Assembly (NCBI GenBank): GCA_043747615.1
Contig: JAYTOU010000091.1
Coordinates: 1-64,000 of the forward strand
From: Myxococcales bacterium
Lineage (GTDB): Bacteria; Myxococcota_A; Polyangia; Polyangiales; Polyangiaceae
DNA length: 64,000 bases
Reading direction: 5' to 3'
The position numbers and the translations under genes are program-made. Below, piece after piece: positions 1-9,142 of the stretch. Numbering within the stretch: the stretch's first letter is position 1; every line of letters begins with the position of its first letter. Under the pieces are notes generated by a model, which had not been told where the DNA came from, did not search any database, and worked only from the letters and a program-made list of their open reading frames with translations.

Positions 1-744
1 GATCTCGACGTCGTAAAGTTCCAGATCAAATACCTGACTGGCAGCCATCACATGAATCTCTTCCAGACCAACCAGGACGTCCCAGACCACGACGCGGACT
101 GCTTCGGCCCGGTCGACTTCTCCTCGGCCAAGAGTCCGAACGGTTACGATCTGATCGTCGGATCGCAGAGCCACGACTTCGACTGGACGCTCCCGGCCGG
201 CGTCGCTTTCAAGCTGAAGGCTCACCGCCAGATCATGCTGCAGACTCATTACGTGAATGCCACCTCGCAGGCGACGCCGCTTGGAGTCGGCCACGTGAAG
301 GTGAATCTGGTGACCGAGCCGGACGCTACGAAGATCACGGCGCACATGGGGACGATGTTCGCCAACAACGTGAACATCCACATTCCGCCGCATGAATCGC
401 GTTCATTCTCGACCACCTGCGCCTTCCCGAAAGACGCGAACGTAGTGGCGATGACCGGCCACTTCCACAGCCGAGGAAAGACCTTCAGCGTGAACGTCGC
501 GCCCGACGGCGCGCATCCGACGGACGAGGTGTACCGCTCGCGCGACTGGAGTGAGCCCCCGTTCGTCATTCTTGAGCAGCCACGCCCGATCGCCCAAAAC
601 GGCGGGCTCTATTACACGTGCGACTTCGACAACATGACCGACATGGACATCACCTTCGGCCCTCACGTCGAGACCCAGGAGCACTGCAACCTCTTCGCGT
701 ACTTCTTTCCTTGGGAAGAAGCGCACACCCGGTACTGCTTTTGA
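1..744 (+). CDS. Copper type II ascorbate-dependent monooxygenase-like protein (PHM/DBH family), 5'-truncated by window edge
   Basis: Frame 1 is open from base 1 (DLDVVKFQIKYLTGSHHMNLF). It has HH (46-51), LQTHY, GHFHSRG and QEHCNLF in the order of PHM copper ligands. Confidence 0.75.
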   Translation, partial: DLDVVKFQIKYLTGSHHMNLFQTNQDVPDHDADCFGPVDFSSAKSPNGYDLIVGSQSHDFDWTLPAGVAFKLKAHRQIMLQTHYVNATSQATPLGVGHVKVNLVTEPDATKITAHMGTMFANNVNIHIPPHESRSFSTTCAFPKDANVVAMTGHFHSRGKTFSVNVAPDGAHPTDEVYRSRDWSEPPFVILEQPRPIAQNGGLYYTCDFDNMTDMDITFGPHVETQEHCNLFAYFFPWEEAHTRYCF

Positions 745-755
745 CCAAGCTTGTC

Positions 756-1700
756 ATGAAGGCGGGTCGGGTCTGCCTGGGGCTGTCGCTCGCGATCGCG
801 GCCTGCGCTCCTCATCACGGTGGATCGTCGTCCTCCACGATCATCCTCGGCGTACAGAGCGAAGAGGTCGGAAGCGCGATCGCGCGGGTGCACATCGTGG
901 CCACCGTGAACGGAGCCGTGGCGACCGACGAAGAGCTGAACGTCGTGAACGGCGCTCCTGCCGTATTTCCTCACGAGGTGAGGCTCGTCTCCGCCGATCC
1001 AAGCGCCAAGATCGACGTGAAGATCGAAGCCTTCCCCGCGGGCGCGTCCATGCCGATTCTCACCCGCCTCGCTGCGGGCGGGTTCGTCGAGGGACAAACG
1101 AAGTTAATGCGCCTTCGTCTGGAAGCACGCTGCATCGTCGGTCTCATCGGCGGGCTCGGCGGGCCGATGTGCAATGCTCCCCAAACCTGTCAGTCCGGGC
1201 GATGCGCAGACGACACTGTCCTTCCCCAGGATCTCGAGGACTACGAGCCCAACTGGGCGATTGACGCGCCCGACATCTGCCGACCGGCAAATCACGGTGC
1301 ACCCGATGTCGTCGTCGGCACCGGTCAGACGGATTTCTCTCCCGTGACGAACGGTCAAACGCTCCAGGCCGAGCTCGGCCCCCAGCGCGGTCACCACCTG
1401 TGGATCGCGGTCCGCATGCGCAACATGAAGCAGTCCGGATCGACCACCACCATCACCGGAGTGCAGCCCGGTACGAACGTCGCCATCCCACCGACGTCGT
1501 TCGTCTTCACGTTCGATCGCGACGAGGGGGGCTACTGCAAGCTCTATGGCCTCCGCTACCAGCTCGACAACGGCGGAATCGACTACAAACAGTTCCTCGG
1601 TAAACCGCTCGACGTGAACGTCGAAGTCCGCGACATCACCGGCGCCACGCTAAAGAGCGTCGCCCACATTAACGTCGCGCCAACCGTTCTGGGCGAGTAG
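756..1700 (+). CDS. Hypothetical lipoprotein
   Basis: ATG at 756 gives signal peptide and lipobox MKAGRVCLGLSLAIAA-C. Cys-rich middle segment; follows the upstream stop by 11 bp. Confidence 0.7.
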   Translation: MKAGRVCLGLSLAIAACAPHHGGSSSSTIILGVQSEEVGSAIARVHIVATVNGAVATDEELNVVNGAPAVFPHEVRLVSADPSAKIDVKIEAFPAGASMPILTRLAAGGFVEGQTKLMRLRLEARCIVGLIGGLGGPMCNAPQTCQSGRCADDTVLPQDLEDYEPNWAIDAPDICRPANHGAPDVVVGTGQTDFSPVTNGQTLQAELGPQRGHHLWIAVRMRNMKQSGSTTTITGVQPGTNVAIPPTSFVFTFDRDEGGYCKLYGLRYQLDNGGIDYKQFLGKPLDVNVEVRDITGATLKSVAHINVAPTVLGE

Positions 1701-1708
1701 CCGGCGCG

Positions 1709-2923
1709 ATGAAGGGGGCTCGGCGACTCTGGTCGGCGCACGCGGCGCTGATCGTCACGATCACGTCGCTGTGTCTGTGGTCCGCATGGGAGCTCGGTCG
1801 TCCACAGACGCATCCGTACGGCGATCTCTCGCGAGGGAGCTTCACCGATCATTTCAGTCACCTCACGACGACGAGGCTCTTTCCGCTGGTCGGAATCAAT
1901 ATCTGGACGAAGCCCACGCGTGATTTCGGCCGCCCGCTGACGGATGCCGAGACCCGCCGGCTCCCCCCGGACATCCCTGCCAGAGGAAACAATCGAGAGG
2001 TCTTCGCCGTCGACGACTGGCCGATCGACAAGCCTCTCGTTGCGAGCTGGACGCATCTGCCGCGCCTTCATCCGCCCGGCGATCTCGTGATCATCGCGCC
2101 CGTGGCGCTGGCTTACTCGGTCACTTCTCTTTCGTTCACGTGGGCGAATCGGCTGCTGATTCTCTCCTTCTTGATTTGCGCCCACGTCTCTCTGTTCTTT
2201 TATTTCCAGGCGTGGATGCGGCCGCGAAGGGCATCGGCCGTCGGCTTTCTCACGATCCTCGTCGTCTACGGAGAGGTCATCCACTGGACGCTCGAAGGGT
2301 TCTACGAGGCCGCCGTCCTCGCGCCGCTCTTCCTTTGCGCGAAATGGATTTACGAGCGGCGAATGCTGGCAGCCGTCGTGGCCTACGTCGTCGCTGCGAC
2401 GATCCACTTTCGCGCCTTCTTCTTTGCGCCGTGGTTACTCTACGCTGCCTTTTCGGTGCTCTCCGATGGCCACTGGAGAACGTGGCGCGCCCGCGACGCC
2501 GCCGCAGCCTTCATTGCCGGTATCCTCGGGGCAACGTCGCTCTTCGTTTTTGCGCTGGCGTGGCCAACGCTGAAGGCAATGCCCGTGACGTACAGTCCGC
2601 TTTCGTTCGCGCCCGGCCAACCCGTGCCCCACGCGCTCCTCGCGTATGTGCTCGTGCTCGGCGTGGTGGGAGCCGCCCTCGTGTACGCGCGCGCCTGGAT
2701 GGACGTCGCCGTGCTGATGTGGCTGACGCTCATGTTCGTTTCGCTCCGCGAAGCGTACGAGTGGGACCTAATCACGCTCCTGGCGTGGCTTGGCGCGCCG
2801 CTCGACTCACCCCCGAAGCGTGCTGCTCTGGCGCGCGATGCTCGGCTTTATTTTGTACTTTTTTGTGGAGCGGTGCTCTTTCGCAGCACGCTTGCTCCCG
2901 TGTGGATCGCCAAGCTGTTTTGA
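1709..2923 (+). CDS. Polytopic membrane protein, possibly GT-C-fold glycosyltransferase-like
   Basis: 404 aa with many hydrophobic segments and a large loop after TM1 (FTDHFSH). The family assignment is tentative. Confidence 0.6.
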   Translation: MKGARRLWSAHAALIVTITSLCLWSAWELGRPQTHPYGDLSRGSFTDHFSHLTTTRLFPLVGINIWTKPTRDFGRPLTDAETRRLPPDIPARGNNREVFAVDDWPIDKPLVASWTHLPRLHPPGDLVIIAPVALAYSVTSLSFTWANRLLILSFLICAHVSLFFYFQAWMRPRRASAVGFLTILVVYGEVIHWTLEGFYEAAVLAPLFLCAKWIYERRMLAAVVAYVVAATIHFRAFFFAPWLLYAAFSVLSDGHWRTWRARDAAAAFIAGILGATSLFVFALAWPTLKAMPVTYSPLSFAPGQPVPHALLAYVLVLGVVGAALVYARAWMDVAVLMWLTLMFVSLREAYEWDLITLLAWLGAPLDSPPKRAALARDARLYFVLFCGAVLFRSTLAPVWIAKLF

Positions 2924-2999
2924 AGGACGGGATCATCCCGGAATTTCCTTCCCGCGGGCACGCCCGCTCGAGCGGACGACGAATGCGGGTTCTGAAGAG

Positions 3000-4064
3000 C
3001 TACGCTCGTGAAGCCAACTGGCCGCACGCGGCTCCCATGTCGCCGCCGCCGCTGTAGCGCTTGTGGGTGTTGACGCCGGAGGCACGCATCGCTTCGCGGT
3101 AGGCCGTCTCGCGATCGTCGCTCGAGCGCCGAAACGGATCTTTCCCCACTTCGTCGGTGGCGTTGTACGGGATGATGCTGATCCGGGGGCGTGCTCCCGC
3201 TCGCTCGGCGAACGAGAGCGCCAGGGCAGCGAGGGCTCGCGCATCATCAACGGTGTCGTTCACCCCTTCGAGGAGCGTCACCGCCCACATCGGCGAGAGC
3301 TCCGTCACCTTCGCGTGCTCCACCGCCGCGTCGATCACCTCGTCGAGCGAATGCGCGCGATCGATCGGCATCAAGGAGCGACGCACCGGCAGTGCGCTCG
3401 AGATCGAGATCCCCAGCCGCACCTTCGGCGCTTCTTTCGCGAGCCTACGAATTCCACTCGGAATGCCCGCGGTGCACACCGTCATCCCGCGCGCGTCGAT
3501 GGCCTGCGCGCTCGGATCGCACAGAACGAAGATGGCATCGAGCACGCGATCGAGGTTCGCCATCGGCTCGCCCATTCCCTGGAAGACCACGCCATGAATC
3601 TTGTCGCCGGGACCGAGGGTGCGCCGAATGCTCCGCACCTGCTCGACGATTTCCCAGGTCTCGAGGTTGCGCAGAAGGCCCATTTTTCCGGTGGCGCAAA
3701 AGGCGCAGGCCAGCGCGCAACCCACCTGCGAGCTCACGCACACCGAGAAGCGCCCTGCCTTCTCGAGGGGAATGCGCACCGTCTCCACGAGCTTGCCGTC
3801 GGGCGTCGCCAGGACGAGCTTCATGAATGGATCGAGGGCGCTCGAACGCTCCTCGCGAATCTCGAGCTCGGGGATGACGCCGTGGGCGCGAAGGGCGTTC
3901 ATGCTCTGCCGCCGGACACCCGTGATCGGGAGGGTGACTCCCTTGTGGCGATGGACTGCGCTCACGATTTTCCGCGCCTCCGCGAGCGTGACGAGGGGCA
4001 GCGCTCGTGAGAGCCCCTCGGGCGTCAGGCCTTGGAGCGCAATCGTCGTAAGGTTCTGGGCCAC
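3000..4064 (-). CDS. rlmN: RlmN/Cfr-family radical SAM RNA methyltransferase
   Basis: CVSSQVGCALACAFC (CxxxCxxC plus upstream Cys), GMGEP and C-terminal AACGQL. May be a paralogue rather than the main rlmN. Confidence 0.8.
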   Translation of the reverse strand: MAQNLTTIALQGLTPEGLSRALPLVTLAEARKIVSAVHRHKGVTLPITGVRRQSMNALRAHGVIPELEIREERSSALDPFMKLVLATPDGKLVETVRIPLEKAGRFSVCVSSQVGCALACAFCATGKMGLLRNLETWEIVEQVRSIRRTLGPGDKIHGVVFQGMGEPMANLDRVLDAIFVLCDPSAQAIDARGMTVCTAGIPSGIRRLAKEAPKVRLGISISSALPVRRSLMPIDRAHSLDEVIDAAVEHAKVTELSPMWAVTLLEGVNDTVDDARALAALALSFAERAGARPRISIIPYNATDEVGKDPFRRSSDDRETAYREAMRASGVNTHKRYSGGGDMGAACGQLASRA

Positions 4065-4131
4065 GCGCCACTTCCGTAGCTGAGTTCGCCGATCCTGCCA
4101 AACCAGCCCAAAAAAGTGTTAGTTTCGCAGC

Positions 4132-4584
4132 GTGTTTGGCCTCAGCTTCGGTGAGCTCGTCGTCCTGATCGTCGTGGCGATCGTCGTCATCGGGCCGAAG
4201 GACTTGCCGAAAATTCTCCGCAGGCTCGGCCAATGGTCGGGGAAAATGCGCCGGATGGCGCTCGATCTCCGCACCCAGAGCGGCATCGACGAGGTTCTGC
4301 GCGAAGGCAGCCTCAGCGAGGACATCAACGAGATTCGCAAGCTCGCGCGCGGTGAGCTCGATCACGTCGTCGCGGCCTCGACGCTCCAGGCCCTCCCCGC
4401 TCCGTCTGCGTACGACGAAGTGGAGCAGGCCATCCTCCGCGACCGCGAGTATCCCCGTGAGGGCGCCGACAACTACGGATCGCTCCCCGATACGGCGATC
4501 GTGTACACCGATCTCCCCGCCTCGGCGCACGCCGAAGACCCGATCTACAGAGCGGCGGCGCCCGCGGCTCCGGTACAGTCATGA
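4132..4584 (+). CDS. tatB: Twin-arginine translocase subunit TatB
   Basis: MFGLSFGELVVLIVVAIVVIGPKDLP N-terminus; overlaps the tatC start. Confidence 0.85.
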   Translation: MFGLSFGELVVLIVVAIVVIGPKDLPKILRRLGQWSGKMRRMALDLRTQSGIDEVLREGSLSEDINEIRKLARGELDHVVAASTLQALPAPSAYDEVEQAILRDREYPREGADNYGSLPDTAIVYTDLPASAHAEDPIYRAAAPAAPVQS

Positions 4585-5381
4585 CCGCCGAGAACGTCGG
4601 ACCCGACGGCGAAGAAGAGAAGATGACGATCTGGGAGCATCTGAACGAGCTCCGTGGTCGCGTGGTGCGCGCGGCGATCGGTCTCATGGTGACCGCGATC
4701 GTCGCCTGGAACTTCCGCGTGAAGATCCTGGCTCTCCTCCTCGTTCCGTACGAGCGGGCGTGGCGGGAGCACGGTATGCCCGGTGCCCCGGAGCTCCAAA
4801 CGCTCTCGCCCGCGGACGCGTTCGTCGGCTACATGCAGCTCTCGATTTTCGGCGGCGTGATCTGTGCTGCGCCGATTATTTTCTACCAGCTATGGGCGTT
4901 CATTAGCCCGGGCCTCTACGCCAAAGAGAAGCGGCTCATCTTTCCGTTCGTCTTCTTCTCGACGGGGCTCTTTCTCTCTGGCGTCGCCTTCGCGTACTAC
5001 GTCGCGTTCCCTTTCACCTTCGGTTACTTTTTCTCTCTCCTCGGCCAAGTGAGCGAATCAGGCACGGTGCTCACCCAGCGTCCGACCCTGGAATTTTACC
5101 TCGATTTCGCGACGCGGATGCTCCTCGCCTTCGGCTTCGTATTCGAGCTTCCGCTCTTCATCTCGTTTCTGGCGATCGCTGGGATCGTCACGCCGATGCA
5201 GCTCGTGAAGTTCAGCCGCTGGGCAATCCTCCTCGCCTTCTTGGTCGGCGCGGTGGTTACCCCCGGCCCGGAAATCTCGAGCCAGCTCGCCGTGAGCGGA
5301 GCGCTCATCGCTCTTTACTTCCTGTCGATCGGCATCGCCTTCGTCGTTGGCAAAAAGAAGAAGAAGGACGACGCGCCATGA
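4581..5381 (+). CDS. tatC: Twin-arginine translocase subunit TatC
   Basis: MTIWEHLNELR, YQLWAFISPGLY and FELP motifs, with multiple TM segments. Confidence 0.95.
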   Translation: MTAENVGPDGEEEKMTIWEHLNELRGRVVRAAIGLMVTAIVAWNFRVKILALLLVPYERAWREHGMPGAPELQTLSPADAFVGYMQLSIFGGVICAAPIIFYQLWAFISPGLYAKEKRLIFPFVFFSTGLFLSGVAFAYYVAFPFTFGYFFSLLGQVSESGTVLTQRPTLEFYLDFATRMLLAFGFVFELPLFISFLAIAGIVTPMQLVKFSRWAILLAFLVGAVVTPGPEISSQLAVSGALIALYFLSIGIAFVVGKKKKKDDAP

Positions 5382-5669
5382 CCATCGAGCCTCTCGCCCC
5401 AATCGTCCCTGGCGCCGGGATCCTCGCCCACGTGCGGCAGATGAACCGCGACGCGCTCGGCGTCCTCGTGGCTCACCCCGATGGGGTCCGACGCGTCCTC
5501 CAGGAGAATCCTAAGAGCTACAGCAAGGCGACGCGGGGCTTCGAGGTGCTCCGCAAGTTCCCCGGCAACGGTGCCAGGCCATCCCGTCGAGCCCGAGCGG
5601 CTCGTCACCTCGAGACCGCACGAAGGAATGCCCATGACGATCCACGTTAGAAAAGCGGGTGAGGCGTGA
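5378..5669 (+). pseudogene. Cytochrome P450 relic with large internal deletion(s)
   Basis: An N-terminal P450-like segment (VAHPDGVRRVLQENPKSYSKATRGFEVLRKFPGNG) joins out of frame near 5570 to a P450-like C-terminus (VPGHPVEPERLVTSRPHEGMPMTIHVR). No ExxR or heme Cys motif remains. Confidence 0.7.
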
Positions 5670-7075
5670 GCATGCTTGCCTTCGCGTCGTCCGACCCGCG
5701 TGTTCGCCTTCTCAACGATCGTCCCGTTCGGAAGGACGGAACGTTCGTTCTCTACTTCTGCCAGATCTTTCGGCGGGGTGAAGACAACGCGGCGCTCTCC
5801 TACGCCATCATGCGAGCAAACGAGCTCGGGCTTCCTTGCGTGGTCTACGAAGCATTGCGCTCCGACTACCCGTTCGCGAGCGATCGCTTCCATACGTTCG
5901 TCCTCGAGGGCGCAGCGGACACCGCGCGCGTGCTCGCCAAGCGCGGAATCCAGCACGTGTTCTTTCTTCCGCGAACGCCGGCCGAAGCGCGCGGTGTGCT
6001 CCGGAAAGTGGCGGAAAGAGCGGCCCTGATCGTCTCGGATGATTGTCCGACCTTCGTCGTACAGGAGCACAACGCGGGTGCCTCGCGTCGCGCAACGTGC
6101 ACGTACGTAGTCGTCGACGACTGCGCGGTGATTCCACTCTCGCTCTTTCCGAAGCAGGAGTACGCGGCGCGCACCCTGCGTCCGAAGTTTCATCGGGCGC
6201 TCGAGGCCTGGCTCCGTCCGATCGAAGAGACGAAGCCGCGGGTCGATCCTCCTGGAAAGCTTGATCTTCCTTTCGCGCCCATCGACTTCACCAAAGAGAG
6301 CGTTGCGTCCCTAGTCGCATCGTGTGACATCGATCATGGCGTCGCCCCCGTCCCTGAATTTCGCGGGGGCTCCGTGGCGGCGAACAAGCGCCTCCGGGGC
6401 TTCTTTTCCCGGCTCTCGGCCTACGTGGCGGATCACAACGAGCCTTCGCGCGACGCGACGAGCCATCTGTCGCCCTACCTGCATTTCGGGATGATCAGCG
6501 CCCGCAAGATAGCTCTCGAAACGAAGGCGGCGGAGACGGGCTCCGAAGAAGACAACGCCGCGTTCCTGGAGCAGCTCCTCGTACGCCGGGCACTCGCCTA
6601 CAACTTTGCGCGCACTCGCCCCGATCACGCGACGTTTGCGGCGCTTCCGGATTGGGCGAAGAGCACGCTCGCCAAGCATGCGGCCGACCCTCGGCCGTAC
6701 CTGATGACCCTCGAAGAGCTCGACGGCGCGCGCACGCCGGACGAAGTGTGGAACACCGCCCAGCTCGAGCTTCGCGTCCGCGGGGTCATCCACAACTATG
6801 CGCGCATGCTCTGGGGAAAGCTCCCCATCACATGGATGAAGAGCCCCGCCGACGCACACGCCGCGCTCGTCCATCTGAACGATCGCTACGCGCTCGACGG
6901 AAGAGATCCCAATGGCTACACGAACATCTCTTGGTGCTTCGGGCTCCACGATCGCCCGTGGCCGGAGCGCGCCATCTACGGCACCGTGCGCTGCATGACC
7001 AGCCGCTCCGCCGCGAGCAAGCTCGATCTCGACGGTTACCTGTCGAACGCGCGCACATGGCGCGGCGAAATCTAA
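5666..7075 (+). CDS. phr: Class II CPD deoxyribodipyrimidine photolyase
   Basis: SHLSPYLHFG, HNYARMLWGK and DGRDPNGYTNISWCFGLHDRPWPERAIYGTVRCM are class II signatures. Confidence 0.9.
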   Translation: MSMLAFASSDPRVRLLNDRPVRKDGTFVLYFCQIFRRGEDNAALSYAIMRANELGLPCVVYEALRSDYPFASDRFHTFVLEGAADTARVLAKRGIQHVFFLPRTPAEARGVLRKVAERAALIVSDDCPTFVVQEHNAGASRRATCTYVVVDDCAVIPLSLFPKQEYAARTLRPKFHRALEAWLRPIEETKPRVDPPGKLDLPFAPIDFTKESVASLVASCDIDHGVAPVPEFRGGSVAANKRLRGFFSRLSAYVADHNEPSRDATSHLSPYLHFGMISARKIALETKAAETGSEEDNAAFLEQLLVRRALAYNFARTRPDHATFAALPDWAKSTLAKHAADPRPYLMTLEELDGARTPDEVWNTAQLELRVRGVIHNYARMLWGKLPITWMKSPADAHAALVHLNDRYALDGRDPNGYTNISWCFGLHDRPWPERAIYGTVRCMTSRSAASKLDLDGYLSNARTWRGEI

Positions 7076-7800
7076 CGAAGGTCGTCGGGGACGGGCACCG
7101 GAAGACGCCGAGCGTCCATCCACAGGCCTTCGAGATCGTAGAGGCCGCGCGTCTCGTCCTGGAAGACGTGGACGACGACGTCGCCGTAGTCCATGAGCAC
7201 CCAGTGAGCGTGGGGTAGGCCTTCGATCGACAGAGCGCGACGGTTCTTGAGGCGAAGAGAGTCTTCGATTCCCTGCGCGAGAGCCGCAACCTGGCGATCG
7301 CTCGTGCCCGTCATCAGCACCAAGAAATCCGCGTAGTCGACCTTTCCGGCGACATCCAGGATCTCCAGGCCCGAGGCTTTCTTCTCGAGCGCCGCAGCCG
7401 CCACCATGATGGCCAGCTCGCGCGCGTCGTCGCTCGCCACGCTCGTCGACTCCCCGGAGAGGCGTGGGATCGTGGCCTTGATGATCTTTTTCTTCGCGCC
7501 GTCTACGGCGTGCGACGATTTCACACGGGGCGTGTCGACGCGGGGTTGGGCTTCGCGCTCCATCGGCCTTCGCGGGCGAAGAGCATCTTGCTTGCCGCGT
7601 GGCTCGGCCTTCGGACGACCGGGGCGCGTGGGGCGGCTCCAGCTCGCTCGCTCCGGAGCAGGTGCGGCGGCGCGCTTCGCCCCCGGCCTGGCCGTAGTGC
7701 CTCCCCCTACGCGGCGCGGCGCACCGTGAGATGACGAAATCGTGGGCCGAGCCTTCTTGGCCCCCGTTTTTGCCGCCTTCTTGGGCTTCGTTGTCGCCAT
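7072..7800 (-). CDS. rsfS: Ribosome silencing factor RsfS with long basic N-terminal extension
   Basis: C-terminal EKKA..LDV..DYADFLV..WVLMDYGDVVVHVF..YDLEGLW. The N-terminal half is K/R/A/P-rich. Confidence 0.9.
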   Translation of the reverse strand: MATTKPKKAAKTGAKKARPTISSSHGAPRRVGGGTTARPGAKRAAAPAPERASWSRPTRPGRPKAEPRGKQDALRPRRPMEREAQPRVDTPRVKSSHAVDGAKKKIIKATIPRLSGESTSVASDDARELAIMVAAAALEKKASGLEILDVAGKVDYADFLVLMTGTSDRQVAALAQGIEDSLRLKNRRALSIEGLPHAHWVLMDYGDVVVHVFQDETRGLYDLEGLWMDARRLPVPVPDDLR

Positions 7801-7809
7801 AGCAAGCGG

Positions 7810-9072
7810 TTACCGCGTCTGACCTTCGCCGTCCACCATCCACTTCATGGTGGTGAGGGCCTCGAGCCCCATCGGACCGCGCCAGTGGAGGCGGCTCGTC
7901 GCAATTCCGATCTCTGCACCGAGACCGAGCTCTCCGCCGTCGTGGAAGCGTGTGGAGGCGTTGACGACGACGCAGGCCGCATCCACCTCTCGACGCCAGC
8001 GCTCGGCATGCGCGGCATCGGCCGTGCAGATGGCTTCGGTGTGCCCCGAGCCATAACGCGTCACATGGGCGATGGCACCGTCGAGCCCATCGACGACCCG
8101 CACCGCCAGGATTTTGTCGAGGAACTCGAAGCCCCAGTCTTCATCCGTGGCGGCACGAACGCTGGGCGCGCTCGGGAGGATGGCGAGTGCGCGCTCGTCG
8201 ACACGAAGCTCGCACCCCTCATTCAGAAGGCTGCGCGCGATCGGCGGGAGAAGCTTTGCCGCCTCCGACGCGTCGACGAGCAGGCACTCGAGCGCGTTGC
8301 ACACGCCCGGACGAGAGAGCTTTGCGTTCTCCACCAAGCGCGCTGCCATGTCCGGATCGCACCCCGCGTCTAGAAAAAGATGACACACGCCCTTGTAGTG
8401 CTGGACCACGGGCACCCGCGCGTTCTCGGTGACGAACTTGATCAGCGCCTCTCCGCCGCGTGGGATCGCAAGATCGATGGTCTCCGACTGCTGCACGAGA
8501 ATCCGCACCGCGTCGTGATCGGTGAACGGCACGAGCTGGACGGCGTCGCGCGGCAGCCCTGACGCTTCGAGTGCTTCCGTGATCACCCGGCCGAGCGCCG
8601 CGTTCGAATTTTTCGCCTCGGAGCCACCACGAAGGACGACGGCATTTCCCGCCTTCAGGCAGAGGGCGCTCGCCTCCGCGGTCACGTTCGGCCTCGCTTC
8701 GTAGATGATGGCGATGACGCCGAGGGGAGCGCGCGCCCTCGTGATCCGCAGACCGTTCGGCCTCGTCAGCTTCGAGATGGTCTCGCCCACCGGATCAGGG
8801 AGGGCGGCGATCTCCTCGAGAGCGCGCGCGACGGCCTCGACCCGATCCGCGTCGAGGGCAAGACGATCGAGCAGCGCACCCTTCGTGCCGCGAGCGCGGG
8901 CGGCCTCGAGATCCTGACGATTGGCGTCGAGAATGCGCTCGCGGTGCCGACGGATCCCGGCAGCGATCCCGAGGAGCGCCGCATCTTTCTTGTCACGCGA
9001 GAGCGGCCCAAGGAGCCGCGACGCCGTTCGCGCACGCATGCCGATCGCTCGGATTTCCGCTTCGATGGCCAT
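7810..9072 (-). CDS. proA: Gamma-glutamyl phosphate reductase
   Basis: PLGVIAIIYEARPNVT, LRGGSEA, CNALE, NASTRFHDG, GAEIGI and RGPMGL motifs. Confidence 0.95.
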   Translation of the reverse strand: MAIEAEIRAIGMRARTASRLLGPLSRDKKDAALLGIAAGIRRHRERILDANRQDLEAARARGTKGALLDRLALDADRVEAVARALEEIAALPDPVGETISKLTRPNGLRITRARAPLGVIAIIYEARPNVTAEASALCLKAGNAVVLRGGSEAKNSNAALGRVITEALEASGLPRDAVQLVPFTDHDAVRILVQQSETIDLAIPRGGEALIKFVTENARVPVVQHYKGVCHLFLDAGCDPDMAARLVENAKLSRPGVCNALECLLVDASEAAKLLPPIARSLLNEGCELRVDERALAILPSAPSVRAATDEDWGFEFLDKILAVRVVDGLDGAIAHVTRYGSGHTEAICTADAAHAERWRREVDAACVVVNASTRFHDGGELGLGAEIGIATSRLHWRGPMGLEALTTMKWMVDGEGQTR

Positions 9073-9142
9073 ACAAAGCTACTACCACGAGCGGACCGCG
9101 TACACCGTTGACGCAAAGCAAGTCAGCCCGCATAACCCTCGG

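Noticed and set aside
3000..4064. Cfr-type antibiotic resistance methyltransferase
   Set aside because: The motifs fit the general RlmN family and the context is chromosomal housekeeping; Cfr cannot be claimed without a phylogeny.
5666..7075. Class II photolyase as a eukaryote-to-bacterium transfer
   Set aside because: Class II photolyases are already known in bacteria and archaea, including Myxococcus.
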